Below, piece by piece: positions 51,768 through 63,948 of a stretch of 64,000 nt of DNA. The position numbers and the translations under genes were made by a program. Position 1 is the stretch's first letter. Every line of letters begins with the position of its first letter. Below the pieces are notes generated by a model. It was not told the origin of the DNA. It ran no database searches and saw only the letters and a program-made list of their open reading frames with translations. The DNA comes from Eledone cirrhosa (taxonomy: Eukaryota): contig OZ024752.1 of assembly GCA_964016885.1 (NCBI GenBank), positions 19,778,001-19,842,000 of the forward strand, read 5' to 3'.

Positions 51768-52262
51768 CGGGGGGGGGGGGGTATGTGGAGACGGGGGGGG
51801 GCTAAGCGGAGATGGGTGGTATATGGCGATGGGGGGTATATGGAGATGGGGGTATGTGGAGACGGGGGGGTAAGCGGAGATGGGGGGTTTGTGGAGACGG
51901 GGGGTATGTGGAGACGGGGGGTAAGCGGAGACGGGGGGTATGTGGAGACGGGGGGTAAGCGGAGATGGGAGGTATATGGAGACGGGGGTTAAGCGGAGAT
52001 GGGGGGTATGTGGAGACGGGGGGGTAAGCGGAGATGGGAGGTATGTGGAGATGGGGGGGGGTATGTGGAGACGGGGTGTAAGCGGAGATGGGGGGTATAT
52101 GGCGATGGGGGGGTATATGGAGATGGGGGTATGTGGAGATGGGGGGTAAGCGGAGATGGGGGAATAAGTGGAGATGGGGGATAAATGGAGATAGGGGGGT
52201 ATGTGGAGATGGGGGTATGTGGAATAAGTGGGGACTGGGGGAAGCAATGACAGGGGGGGGGG
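51768..52262 (+). repeat. G-rich ~17-19-bp minisatellite (G-run array)
   Basis: Alternating tatgtggagacgggggg / taagcggagatggggg units. Confidence 0.9.
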
Positions 52263-53145
52263 AGGATGGGTAATTTTTCTAGTTTGTCTCAGTTGATTTT
52301 TAAAAACCAGAATTAGTTGTTTAGTTTACATATTGAGACCCCAACCCTTCCTATTTATTTTATAACCTATGGGGTTTCAATTAATGTACTTCTATTGTCA
52401 TGTATTTTAATGTACAAAGAGAATTAATTGTCGCAGAAATGCTACGACTTAAAATAAAATTTCGCCGGAGAAAGATTAGCAAAATTTAATAAGCGCGGGG
52501 GCGGGGTTCTGAAAAATGAATAAGCGAGTGAGGGGACGAATAAATTATATCGAATCATTGATACAGTAGCTATATTGAAATATTTCAATACTGATGGGGA
52601 GAAGGGACGAAAATCTTGAAGTGGTTTAAAAATTGAAGTGGTTTAAAAATTTCAACGCCCTGTGTGAAATCCTTTGAAGTCCACACCAGGCCACAATTTG
52701 GGGGCAGGAGGAGAAGTTGATTAAATCGACTCCTAGTGCATTACTGGTTCCTTACTTTATCAACCCAATAAACAGGAATGGCAAATCTAAACTCCAATAT
52801 TGTGTAGGTATCTAAATTGAGAGTGGTCATTTGTGGCTCTTTCACTGAAATAAAGGAGGAGAAAGGGTAACCATACGAATCCCAGACTCTGATATAACAG
52901 AGCACAGTAATAAACATTACATGTAATTCAACGATCTGAGATTGGTGGGAGGTCTGTAGTCTCCTCATAGTAAAAGGACCCCCGTCGAGCTGGGAGCTAA
53001 TAGAGATCCAACAGCGTGATGCCGCCCTCCACATAAAACTCGTTCAACGAGGATTATATTAAACAGCGCCTGTAATCTAGGGTTGCAATAAATTAAGGAG
53101 TCATTTGATAAGTCAGAGACTTTAGTTGATTAGTATTGAGTTTCA

Positions 53146-53205
<60 letters not shown>

Positions 53206-53304
53206 AACTTTGTGAGTGCGTTTGTAAATACACACAAATTCACTCATACATACACTCATACATACACACAATCACACACACATACAAATTGATAGTAATA
53301 TAGA

Positions 53305-53492
53305 TAATTGTTTCTACTTTTTGGCACAAGGCCAGCTATTACCCAGTATATTACTGGTACTTTATTTTATCGACCCCGTAAGGATGAAAGGCAAAGTCAA
53401 CCTCGGCGGGATTTGAACTCAGATCGTAAAGGGACGTAACTATACTGGAAAGCATGGCGTCCAACCCTCTACCGATACTGCCAATCCACCGC
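53305..53492 (-). mobile_element. SINE family A
   Basis: Family consensus. Confidence 0.9.
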
Positions 53493-53494
53493 AT

Positions 53495-53785
53495 GAAAGT
53501 AGTTTATCTCGGAGCAACAAAAGGCAGATTAACTCCCATTTAGAAGGATACGTTTTTGCAATCTAGGAAGAGGAAATAATGAAATACCTGATGCAGGAAA
53601 GAGAGATACAGGTAAAACATAGATGCTGACAACAGATGCTGGCTATAACCAGCAGGGATGTCACCCATATCACAAGCTGCTGTTTGAAGATGTTATTGTG
53701 ATACTATCTACCTATTAGGTATGATGTCGGGACCAGAGACACTATACAATGTAATCTGTGGAAAAGATAACCCTGGGAATATACA
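53495..53785 (+). mobile_element. R4/Dong-like non-LTR retrotransposon fragment (zinc-finger region)
   Basis: Decayed SHLEGYVFAI*EEEIMKYLMQERE..DNRCWL..DVTHITSCCLKMLL*YYLPIRYDV. Confidence 0.72.
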
Positions 53786-54501
53786 GATCAAAACTTGCAG
53801 TGATGAGGACATAGGCTTACAGTGAGGGGGGTAGTGAGGGGGGTAGAGTGAGAGAGACGGGGGTGATAGAGACGGGGGGAGAGTGAGAAAGACGGGAGTG
53901 TGATAGAGACGGGGAGGGTGAGATGGGGGGTGATAGAGACGGGGGGATGATATGGGAGGTGAGAGAGACGGGGGTGTGATAGAGACGGGGGGAGTGAGAG
54001 AGACGGGGGTGATAGAGACGGGGGGAGAGTGAGAGAGGGGGGAGTGAGAGGGGTGTGTGAGTGAGAGAGAGAGGTCCGTGAGTGAGAGAGAGAGAGAGGT
54101 CCGTGAGTGAGAGAGAGAGGGGCTGTGATTGAAAGAGAAGGGGTGTGAGTGAGAGAGAGGGTGTGTGAGTGAAAGAGACGGGGGGTGTTTGACATGATAC
54201 TATATCAATATATACTCATTGTATATTTATGTGTGTATATATATAAATATACACGCATACACACAAATATACAATGAGTATATATTGACATAGTTAACAT
54301 GTCAAATATATATATATATATAATTAGAATTTTATTTCTAGCCCTAGCACAGCTGACACATAAATGTAAATATGCGCACGTACACACACACACGCACATA
54401 TATGTGTGTGTGTGTATATATATATATATTAAATGTATAGGAAAAACAAACACTGGGCGTGAAGTAAAGAAAAAAGTGAAGACTTTTATCAAATATATAT
54501 A

Positions 54502-54809
54502 TGTTCTTTTTGGTAAATATCATCTTGGTTAAGAGAGTGGGACTGGCTTTGTGCAGTGCCTTTGTTCACTATAAAAGCTTCACGGCACAGGCATTGCTTT
54601 ATATCTGGAGATGTCTCTGCACTTGTCGTCACATGGTACCATGGGCCCAGCACTATGTGTTAATAATTGTCACAAGTGTAGTGTTTGTACCAGAGTTTTC
54701 AAGTCGCTGGCTGGACTAAAAAGTAACACTTGTTCAGCGCATCGCTAGGAGTTCTCCTACATGGATATAAAGTAGTGGCCGTACTCGAAAACGAGTTGGC
54801 AGCCACCAT
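54502..54809 (+). mobile_element. RTE-derived non-autonomous element, 5'-truncated
   Basis: 3' half of the family, ending gcagccaccat-atgtatgt. Confidence 0.8.
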
Positions 54810-55420
54810 ATGTATGTATATATATATACTGCTTATTATTGTGTATGATTATATGATTTTGCATACATATACGTGGGAAGTTGGGGGTTGGGAGATGAAG
54901 GTTGTCTAAGTAATAGGTGATGTCTAGTAATGGAATGTAAAATAAGGAAATCGCTTATCTTTGATGATGCAAACTGCTTCGTGGTTTCCGTGACTGTTTC
55001 TGGGAGAAAATAGGGGACTACTTTATAAATGCCGGAAACATGAAATATAGTCCAACAGTCCAACAGTCCAACAGTCCAACAGTCGGGTGTTGCTAATACA
55101 ACTTCTAGCTACAGATGAATCATTTTCAATTTCAAATGAACGTTGAATTATTAAATTATCTAGTTGAAAGCTGCTTGACAAGACTCGCTTTCAAATCGAT
55201 ATCGATATTATTATGGTTGCTATTATTATCGTTATTATTATTGCTGTTGTTTACCAAATACGAAATGGCATCATAAAGCATCGTAAGGGCCATATCCGGA
55301 AGTACAGGATATCAGGAGTGATAATAGAGATATCACAACCAATCAAAATTGTGATATAGTCAATGAAATATATCCAACACGTGTGTATGTATGTGAATAC
55401 AAACACACACACACACACAA

Positions 55421-55484
<64 letters not shown>

Positions 55485-55611
55485 ATATATAATAATAATA
55501 ATTATGGAGATAAAACGAAGAAGTCTCGATAAGATCCTGTAAATGGGTGGAAAGCAGCGATTATTTGCTTAAACTTTAATCTAATATATAATATATATAT
55601 ATATATATATA

Positions 55612-56092
55612 TTGTTATAATTTGGGAGGGTCGTGCTGCTAATAAAAACATACGCACCTGTTGGTTTTCACTTCAATTTCTGGTTGGTTGGTTCGATAAC
55701 CGGATGGTTGTTTATATATTGCCAAAGCTCTTTCGTCACACATTCTGTGACCTCCTCAGTGACTAGCTTTTTATTTTGTGTGTCTCCTTTGTTCTATCCT
55801 ATAACATCTTGTTTTTGTGTGTTGTGTGCAGGACAGAACAAAGGAGAGACACAAAATAAACCCAGTCACTGAGGAGGTCACAGAATGTGCGACGAAAGAG
55901 CTTTGGCATATATATAAACAACCATCCGGTTATCGAACCAACCAACCAACCAGAAATTTATAAATTGAAATGAAAACCAACAGGTGCGTGTGTTTTTATT
56001 AGCAGCACGACCCTCCCAAAGTGTAACAATATCTGTTTCAACACACGTTTTCAGATAAGAAATCATGCAAAACAAATTTAAAAACGAAGTAC
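55612..56092. mobile_element. Head-to-head inverted duplication of an HHR element (HHRs at 55721-55763 - and 55865-55907 +)
   Basis: gtca-CTGAGGA-g-gtcaca-gaatg-tg(t/c)gac-GAAA-gagc-TT-tggc in both arms. Confidence 0.85.
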
Positions 56093-56912
56093 ACACACAC
56101 GCACACTCACATATATAAGAGAGTATTGAAGTTTGCTTGAAGCATTGTGGAACAATAAGTAAATATCTTTATGTCGTTTGGAAGCCTCGACAATGCAAAT
56201 GGGTAAATCTCCGGGTAACAAGGTCCGGTGGTGGAGAGAGAGATGTAAGTGGGTGTACGCTGAGATGCGTGGTGTGTATAAGATGTGTGAGATGTGTAGA
56301 ATGAAGGGAAGAGTATAAAGGATAAAAATAAAAATAACAACACAAGAGAGAGTTACCTTGGGAGAGATTTAATAGTCCCTATATATTTCGGATTCACATC
56401 CATCAACCGGGGTTTTTTCCGGGGTGGGGGAAAAGGTTGTCTGTTGGACAAGTCCGGATCGCGTCTTTCGCTGTTTGTTGATTTGAATATATATATATAT
56501 ATATATAACAGTTTAAAAGAGTACTCAATACGTTATTATAGAAATGACTTCTACGGGACTGTTTCGTTCGTAAGAAATCCTCCTGATGATTTCTTACGAA
56601 ATACTGAGAATATGTTGTGATAGGTTACACAAATGCACTAAATCTGATGTAGTAGCTACAGAGAGTTACTATCCATAGAGCTGGAGCTATACCTTCCGGC
56701 CCTCCGAGGCCCAATTGTTTTTAATCTTTAATAAGATTTCAGGTAGACGCGCTCCATCATCCACTTTTCTAAATAATAAATCATACACAAACCGCCAGCA
56801 CCAACAGTTTTGCAAGAGATGTCAACATGAATGGACCAGTTATTTTTATCTAACGACATTTTTTCCAATTCCAACCCGCCCGTCCCCTCAATCTATCTTA
56901 TTTCTCATTCTT

Positions 56913-56948
56913 TCTTCTGATGAAGGACTAGCATCCGAAACGTTAAGA
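56913..56948 (+). ncRNA. Minimal type I hammerhead ribozyme (Penelope pLTR-type)
   Basis: tctt-CTGATGA-a-gga-ctagca-tcc-GAAA-cg-TT-aaga; palindromic AACGTT. The downstream tail recurs inverted at 58795-58891. Confidence 0.82.
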
Positions 56949-57042
56949 CCCTCTTCCTGCTATATCAAGCGTTAACCTAATATATCCCTTCCATGTACTG
57001 TACCAATTGTGTTGTTATTTCTGTTTACTTTTTACATATATG

Positions 57043-57431
57043 CGGTGGATTGGCAGTATCGGTAGAGGGTTGGATGCCATGCTTTCCAGCATAGTTACGT
57101 CCCTTTACCATCTGAGTTCAAATCCCGCCGAGGTTGACTTTGCCTTTCATCCTTACGGGGTCGATAAAATAAAGTACCAGTAATGCACTGGGTAACTGCT
57201 GGCCTTGTGCCTAAAATAGAAACAATTATCTATAAAAGGCAGGTGGTGGATTGGCAGTATCGGTAGAGGGTCGGCGGCCATGCTTTGTAGCACAGTTACG
57301 TCCCTTTACGGACTGAGTTCAAATCCCGCCGAGGTTAACTTTGCCTTTCATCTTTACGGGGTCGATAAAATAAAGTACCAATAATACACTGGGATAATTG
57401 CTGGCCTTGTGTCAAAAAGTAGAAACAATTA
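57043..57431 (+). mobile_element. Two tandem SINE family A copies
   Basis: Family consensus; the second copy is flanked by duplicated tatctataaaaggcag. Confidence 0.9.
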
Positions 57432-58376
57432 TCTATAAAAGGCAGATTGTTGTTGTTGTGTGTCTGCATGTTTCATGTCTATACATTTGCATAATTTCAA
57501 ACCGATTCGACTCAAAGTCTGTAAGAATGTTGTAAATGGTCTAATTTAGGTCAACGACTATTTATTTATTTCAAACTCACCCACAATTAGGGAAATAATC
57601 GATAAAACTAAATACATGACGCTTTACCCCTCTAATACAATCTGATTACCTCTCTCTACTCCTCTTAAAATTCGATAAAACTACATACATGCTGCAACTT
57701 TCTCTTATATACGCTTAAACTTACAAACTTCCTTTAGGAACGCCGAAGAAAGAAGAGAGAAATAAATGGAGGGAGGGAGAGAGAGAGAAGAGAGAGTGAG
57801 GGAGAGAGAGAGAACGTTTGTTTTTGAGTGTGGAACGGTCAAACATTTATTTACTTCAATGACAAAGAGAACTTATTACAAACGAAACAACAATTATTCA
57901 AAAGCAACAGATAAATTTATTCAACAACAAAAATAGTGATAAATCTTTTTTTAAAACATCTCTCAACGAACGTGGAAGAAAGAAGTATCAGTTTATTTAC
58001 TATACACAATAATATCCTCTATGAGGTCACTAAACCTGCTAGAAACAGCAGCTAACTCTCCCCCATATCACACCCCTCCATACTGTCTTAAATTTAGAAA
58101 ACACACAGACAACCACGCAGAACAACTCCATCGCAGCTCTGTTGTTCGGCTGGCATCGTCTACGCACGTGTTGCGCAAGTACTGTGAAACAATAAATTTC
58201 AACACTTCTTTGCACAGAGATAATATTCATAGGCGAAACTACAATTGTCACTGCTGGCGCAGCTCCTGCTTCAGCAGTCCAGGTCTGCAATTCATTCACC
58301 CAGTGCTGCCATAAAATGGATGGTGCAACCTAACTTTGGTAACTAACCCCGAGCAACGCCGGGCTTTAATGCTAAT
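57229..58376 (+). mobile_element. Probable non-autonomous Helitron-like element
   Basis: 5' a|TCtataaaaggcag...gtgtctg...aaccgattcgactcaaa; 3' hairpin cccgagcaacgccggg followed by a gcta terminus. Confidence 0.55.
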
Positions 58377-58389
58377 ATATATATATATA

Positions 58390-58583
58390 AGAAAATGTTT
58401 AACCCCGACGGCACAGCTCAAGCCGTTTCGACGGCTATTTCTGGACTATTCTGTCCAGAATTAGCCGTCGAAACGGCTTGAACTCGGCCGTCGGGGTTTA
58501 AAATTTCCCTATTACTCACTCTATGGTATTGAGTACTCTGGTCCGTTATGGTCCATCTGGTTCCTTACCACACTTTCTTCGTT
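58390..58583 (+). mobile_element. Fold-back HHR mini-element F1, followed directly by SINE A (58583-58766)
   Basis: Palindrome at 58393-58506 plus tail. Confidence 0.85.
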
Positions 58584-59137
58584 GGTGAATTGGCAGTATC
58601 AGTAGAGGGTCGGACGCCATGCTTTGACGCATAGAGTAACGGCCCTTTCCATTCTGAGTTCAAATCCCGCCGAGGTTAACTTTGCCTTTCATCCGTACGG
58701 GGTCGATAAAATAAAGTACCAGTAATCTACTGGGTATTTGCTGGCCTTGTGCCAATAGTAGAAAGTTATATATATGTGTGTGTATGTGTGTGTGTGTAAA
58801 AGGTAAACAGAAATAACAACACAATCAGTACAGTATATGGAAGGGGTATATTAGGTTAACGCTTGATATAGCGGAAAGAGGGTCTTAACGTAAAGTTGTA
58901 TATATGGTGACATACGGTATGTCTATAAATCAACATTTTGAAAGCCTTCCGCTATTAATTTGAAAACTGACAGCATAACCCCCATCTAGTGTGTTCTAAC
59001 AGAAGCTAAGTACGGGTAATCAGTGATGATGACGTCATCATTTCAACTTTTGTCATTATCAAACTGGTATTGCCGACCTCTTACTGTTGAAATAAAATAT
59101 AAGCCAAAAGATATAGTTTAGAAGCCTATTTACATTG

Positions 59138-59177
<40 letters not shown>

Positions 59178-59182
<5 letters not shown>

Positions 59183-59700
59183 TAAGTATGTATACGTACA
59201 TACATATATGTATATAGACGTACACCAGTATGTATATACATGCATACATGCACACATATATATGTACGTATGGGTTTACCGAATATTTATTATAATGCTC
59301 GGTTTGTTTGTAATCAAAAACAACCCGAATTAAGCCGTACAGTGTTCGGCAACCATCGTTGCCCTTTTGTTCAACACTGACGAAGGAACGATGAACTAGT
59401 TTCTAGCTTATTAGCTGTCATCAGCACATGACAGCTAATAAGCTAGAAACTAATTCATCGTTCCTTCGTCAGTGTTGAACAAAAGGGCAACGATGGTTGC
59501 CGAACACTGTACGGCTTAATTCGGGTTGTTTTTGATTACAAACAAACCGAGCATTATAATAAATGTTCAGTAAACCCATACGTACATATATATGTGTGCA
59601 TGTATATACATACTGGTGTACGTCTGTATACAGATATGTATGTACGTATACATACTTATATTTAAGTATCAGCCGTACTAAGAGGGAGAAATGAAATTTC
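59178..59700. mobile_element. ~240-bp inverted duplication folded at an HHR core (HHR at 59391-59427 -)
   Basis: gtg-CTGATGA-cagct-aata-agcta-GAAA-ctag-TT-cat; same family as 42292-42680 and 40600-40775. Confidence 0.85.
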
Positions 59701-59713
59701 ATTTTTTACATTT

Positions 59714-59827
<114 letters not shown>

Positions 59828-59984
59828 ATATAAAGAATAAATAACATATATATATATATATATATATATATAGAAGTGGTTATACAACAGTTAGTTCACC
59901 ATACCGAGAACAATTTAGTATTGCCTGGGTCGTCCCATAGACTGAGTGCTCTACCACTACGGATAGTACCTTCCAGTGTTCTAC

Positions 59985-60045
<61 letters not shown>

Positions 60046-60449
60046 CATTAAAAAAATATTATTTTAGAGAAGAGCATCAAATTTCATATAGTGTAGGGCG
60101 GCTGCAGGTGAAAGTCCGGCCCTGCCCATACGAATATGATGTTACATATTAAGACATACAAACTGCACTAAATCTGACGTATGAGTTACATAGAAAACTG
60201 TTGCAACTGATTAGAAAGCAGTGAAACAATCCCTAACTCGGCCTCCCAGACAGCTGGGTTGTTCAGTGAAATAATCACATTAACACATCAACGAAGCAAA
60301 CCTAGAAGTGTGTCACCACTTTACACACAAACTCTACACCTTTTATAGCCTTACCCCAGTTATAAGAACAGATTTTGTTCAACAAATTTCAATATGATTA
60401 TATAATGTTTCCAATAAAAAAAATGAAAGAAAAAATTAAATAGCGAAGT

Positions 60450-60822
60450 TAGGAGGAAGGAGAGACAGACTGTACACCCTAGTTTCGGCGGTGTGTCTCA
60501 GCAGCACCCCGCGCACAATATAGGGAAAGGCACTACCGCAGGAAACAGCCAGTGACAACCACTATCCCTCTTGGCGCGCCTTCCTCGGGGGCGGGGAGGT
60601 TAGATCCACTCGTCCCAATTTTGTGGGGGAAAGTGACATATCAGGAACCAAAGATACCAGAGGTCTCGATGGTGACCGGCAGTCAATCGCGGCAGTGCCC
60701 GGGTTTGTGACTCCGTCTGAGGTGCTTTCCATCACTACGTTCAAGGCCACCAGGCTCCAGTTGGGGTGGGAAACCGGCCACTTCAAGGCTCCTTCTGATG
60801 ACATCTTGAAGGCGGCGTGCTG
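60450..60822 (-). mobile_element. CRE-like non-LTR retrotransposon 3' fragment
   Basis: Frameshifted HAA..DVIRRSLEVAGFPPQLEPGGLERSDGK..DGVT..LPVTIETSGIFGS..RQEG*WLSLAVSCGSAF. The 3' UTR resembles the 29960 copy. Confidence 0.85.
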
Positions 60823-61946
60823 AAGAGTAAAAAAAATGTGAGAAAATCTAAAGAAACACTTTTTTTTTATCAAAAGAAAGGTTGGCTGTGATTGCTGTTA
60901 GTTCAGTAGATTACAAATATAACAGTCTTTAAGTACCCGCTGTTATTGTTGGTGAAGAGACTGTTTAACGAATTGTCGCCACTGTGGGTGTCTCCATTGA
61001 TTTGGATCTGACGGATTTTGCAGACATCGCTGTGAGGGTGCGTGGCATACTGGTTAGAGTATACGTCTTATGATCATCAGGTTGTAAGTTCGATTTCTGG
61101 CGACGCGTTGTGTCCTTGAGCAAGACACTTTATTTCACATTGCTCTAGTCCACTCAGCTGGCAAAAATGATATGTACTTGCAGTTCAAAGAGCTACCTTG
61201 TCACCTTATGTGACACGCTGAATCTCTACGGAGTTACATTAAAGGTACCCCTGTCTGAAGATTGCTCAGCCACTTGCACGTTAATTTAACTGATACATAG
61301 ATAGAAATGTAAGTAGGAAAGTCAACTTTAATGCGATAGTGGAGATAATATTTATGGTTTAGTCCTGAAAGGAGAAAGGGCAGCTCCTCCGTTGTTCGAA
61401 CAACCAAAACACTCATCGTCGAAACCGACGGAGGTCCAACACTCTCGTGCATCATTGTTTACGATGAGAGAATCATTCATTATTCATTCTTATCTAAAAT
61501 AAAATAACATTAAAAAAACCGACAGATTTCGCGCCTTCTCCTCAGAATAGCAACAACCAATCATATCCCTCAGTTCCGTCTATCAAAATAGTAAAATCTA
61601 TTTTTCTGAGATAGAGACGATATATTTACGTGATTCTACAAATTATGTATTCATTAAACTGTTACTTATTCGGATAGAACAACTTTGAAAGTAGATAAGA
61701 GAAATATTGCAAACATGATTAAATGAAAAAGCAATAGATATGTCAGATGTCGTTTGGCTTTGATAAACAGCATACTTTTACTGTCTGACGAATATCTCAA
61801 TAAAACTCAAAATATATCATAAATCTTTTTGCTCTTATCCTTCCTCTCCCTCCCACATATTGTTTTGTAAGAGTTTAGCACGATATGTGTATCGATGACA
61901 ATATCAAGTGGTTCTTGCGATTGTGTATTATTTTAGAGAGACATAG

Positions 61947-62136
61947 GTGAGTGGATTGCCAGTATCGGTAGAGGGTCGGACGCCATGCTTTGAAGCATAG
62001 AGTTACCTCCCTTTATGATCTGAGTTCAAATCCCGCCGAGGTTAACTTTGCCTTTCATCCTTACGGGGTCGATAAAATAAAGTACCAGTAATGCACTGGG
62101 GTAATTGCTGGCCTTGTGCCAAAAGTAGAAACAATT
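61947..62136 (+). mobile_element. SINE family A
   Basis: Family consensus. Confidence 0.9.
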
Positions 62137-62333
62137 ATTTTAGAGAGACATTATTCATAGAGAAAGCTCTAGTAGCTTGTCCCCCCCCCCCTCTCTATCT
62201 ATCTAACTCTTTCTTTCTCCCCCCCCCCCCTTTTTCTCTCTTTCTCACTTTTCTTTTCCCTTCTCTTGTTCATTGCACATTTTTCTTCTCTCACACACAC
62301 ACACACACAGAAGTATACACTTACATATGCCTC

Positions 62334-62364
<31 letters not shown>

Positions 62365-62619
62365 GCAACACGAAAGAAACCAGCACGTGTGTTAGGGACG
62401 AATCCTGGTAGAGTTCATCTTTCTGTAAAAAATAATAAACTGTAGCCGAGTTTTATAGTAAAAACGGTAAGAAGTTTCTGGTGGAAGGTGGGTGGGGGGC
62501 TATTGCTCCCTTTGCTCCCCATTAAATCCGGCCCTGCTGATCTGAATTAAACAGAGAATGAAAACCTCCTCGCTTTCCTGACTCACCAGTAGTTCACCTC
62601 TTTCTCTAATGCACGACAA

Positions 62620-62850
62620 GAGTAGCTGAACGAAAGGTGACTTGTTTAGTGATTTAGCAACTGGAAGGACTGCATTAAAGAGGATCTGAATGCCTTCGAC
62701 TTCACCCTTTTCAGCATGACATGACGGCCTACTGCAGTGCCTGGAAGAAGCAGACAAAGAATGGCTGCGCTCTTTCAGAAGTGCCACTTGCCCAACCAGT
62801 GGAAAGGTGCCGAATACGACGTCATAATGTCAGTCCCCATCGTCAATAAT
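62620..62850 (+). mobile_element. RTE/BovB-like LINE C-terminal fragment
   Basis: Frameshifted LFSDLATG..NWKDCIKEDLNAFDF..CSAWKKQTKNGC. Confidence 0.6.
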
Positions 62851-62944
62851 GTATGCATGTATTTATGTATGTACATAAGTATGTACATAAGTATATACGT
62901 AAGTATGTATGTACGGACGTGTGTTTATATATATATATGAGGGT

Positions 62945-63564
62945 AAAACAAAGTACATATTAAACTGTACAGGCAACAACATCAAAGCAATCAATGGCAG
63001 TTTATATCAAGCATGTCGAAGATTTCAAGTATCTTGGGTCCTGGATCATTGACTCTGAGAAGGATTTTGCCACCAGAAAGGTCTAAGTATGGTCAGCTTG
63101 CAACAAGATGGATCGAGTTTGGTGCTCAAATATTTCCAACCACACCAAAATCAGACTCTTCCAAGTAACAATTCAACCAATCTTGCTATATGGAAGTGAA
63201 ACATGGACGCTTTCATCCAAACATCAAAAGCACCTTGATGGCACCTACACTCACCTGCTTCAACGCATTCACAACATAAGCTGGCGACATCTGACTTTGA
63301 AAGAAATATATGCCAGCCTCCCACGCATATCTGTCGTTGTACGTAAAAGAAGAGTAACATTTGCTGGCCACTGCCATCGTGCCACCTACGAGGCTGTGTC
63401 CTTATTAGTGATTAGGAAACCACAAGCAGTCACTAATAACGGGCGCAAGCTCCCCTATCCCGATGTCATCTCCAAGATTTGGCAACGACAATGAACGACA
63501 GACCCACGTGGAGATCAATTGTTGAGTCGATTTCGGCTGAGGCCGCCGGATGATGATGATGATA
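62945..63564 (+). mobile_element. RTE-clade LINE, 5'-truncated, with (GAT)n tail
   Basis: KHVEDFKYLGSWIIDSEKDFATRK..WSACNKMDRVW..TKIRLFQVTIQPILLYGSETWTL..RRVTFAGHCHR; ends ggatgatgatgatgat. Confidence 0.92.
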
Positions 63565-63682
63565 TATATATAGGTACGTGTGTATATATGTACGTACGTA
63601 TATATATGTACGTACGTACGTATATATCTACGAACGTGTGTATATATATATGTACGTACGTATGTATGTGTATATATATACA

Positions 63683-63945
63683 ATCTATATATTACTAAAA
63701 CTGTGATTGCTTGCTTGCTTGTCTGTAATACAGCCAAAGGGGCGCATAATGGTAAAATACTTTGAAAAGAAGTTGACCCTGAAATGGGAATACAAATAAA
63801 ACAAGTTTCGCGTAAATCGAAGCACGGGTTCCTGAGATATGGAGTTTACTGGGTACCTTCATAAATAGAGAGAAGGATAGAGAGAAAGAGATAGAGGTTG
63901 TGAGAGAGTAGATTGAAAGAGAGACATAGAGAGAGAGAACTGATG
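63683..63945 (+). mobile_element. 5' part of a Helitron-like element (paralogue of 41146)
   Basis: Shared gaatacaaataaaacaagtttcgcgtaaatc..gcacgggttcc block. Confidence 0.6.
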
Positions 63946-63948
63946 GTG

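Noticed and set aside
60562-60873. Paralogous host exons at 60.5-60.8 kb and 30.0-30.2 kb
   Set aside because: Alternative frames give CRE-like endonuclease motifs with frameshifts.
62588-62740. Minus-strand exon with good acceptor and GTGAGT donor
   Set aside because: The + strand translates to an RTE/BovB-like C-terminus, which explains the segment better.
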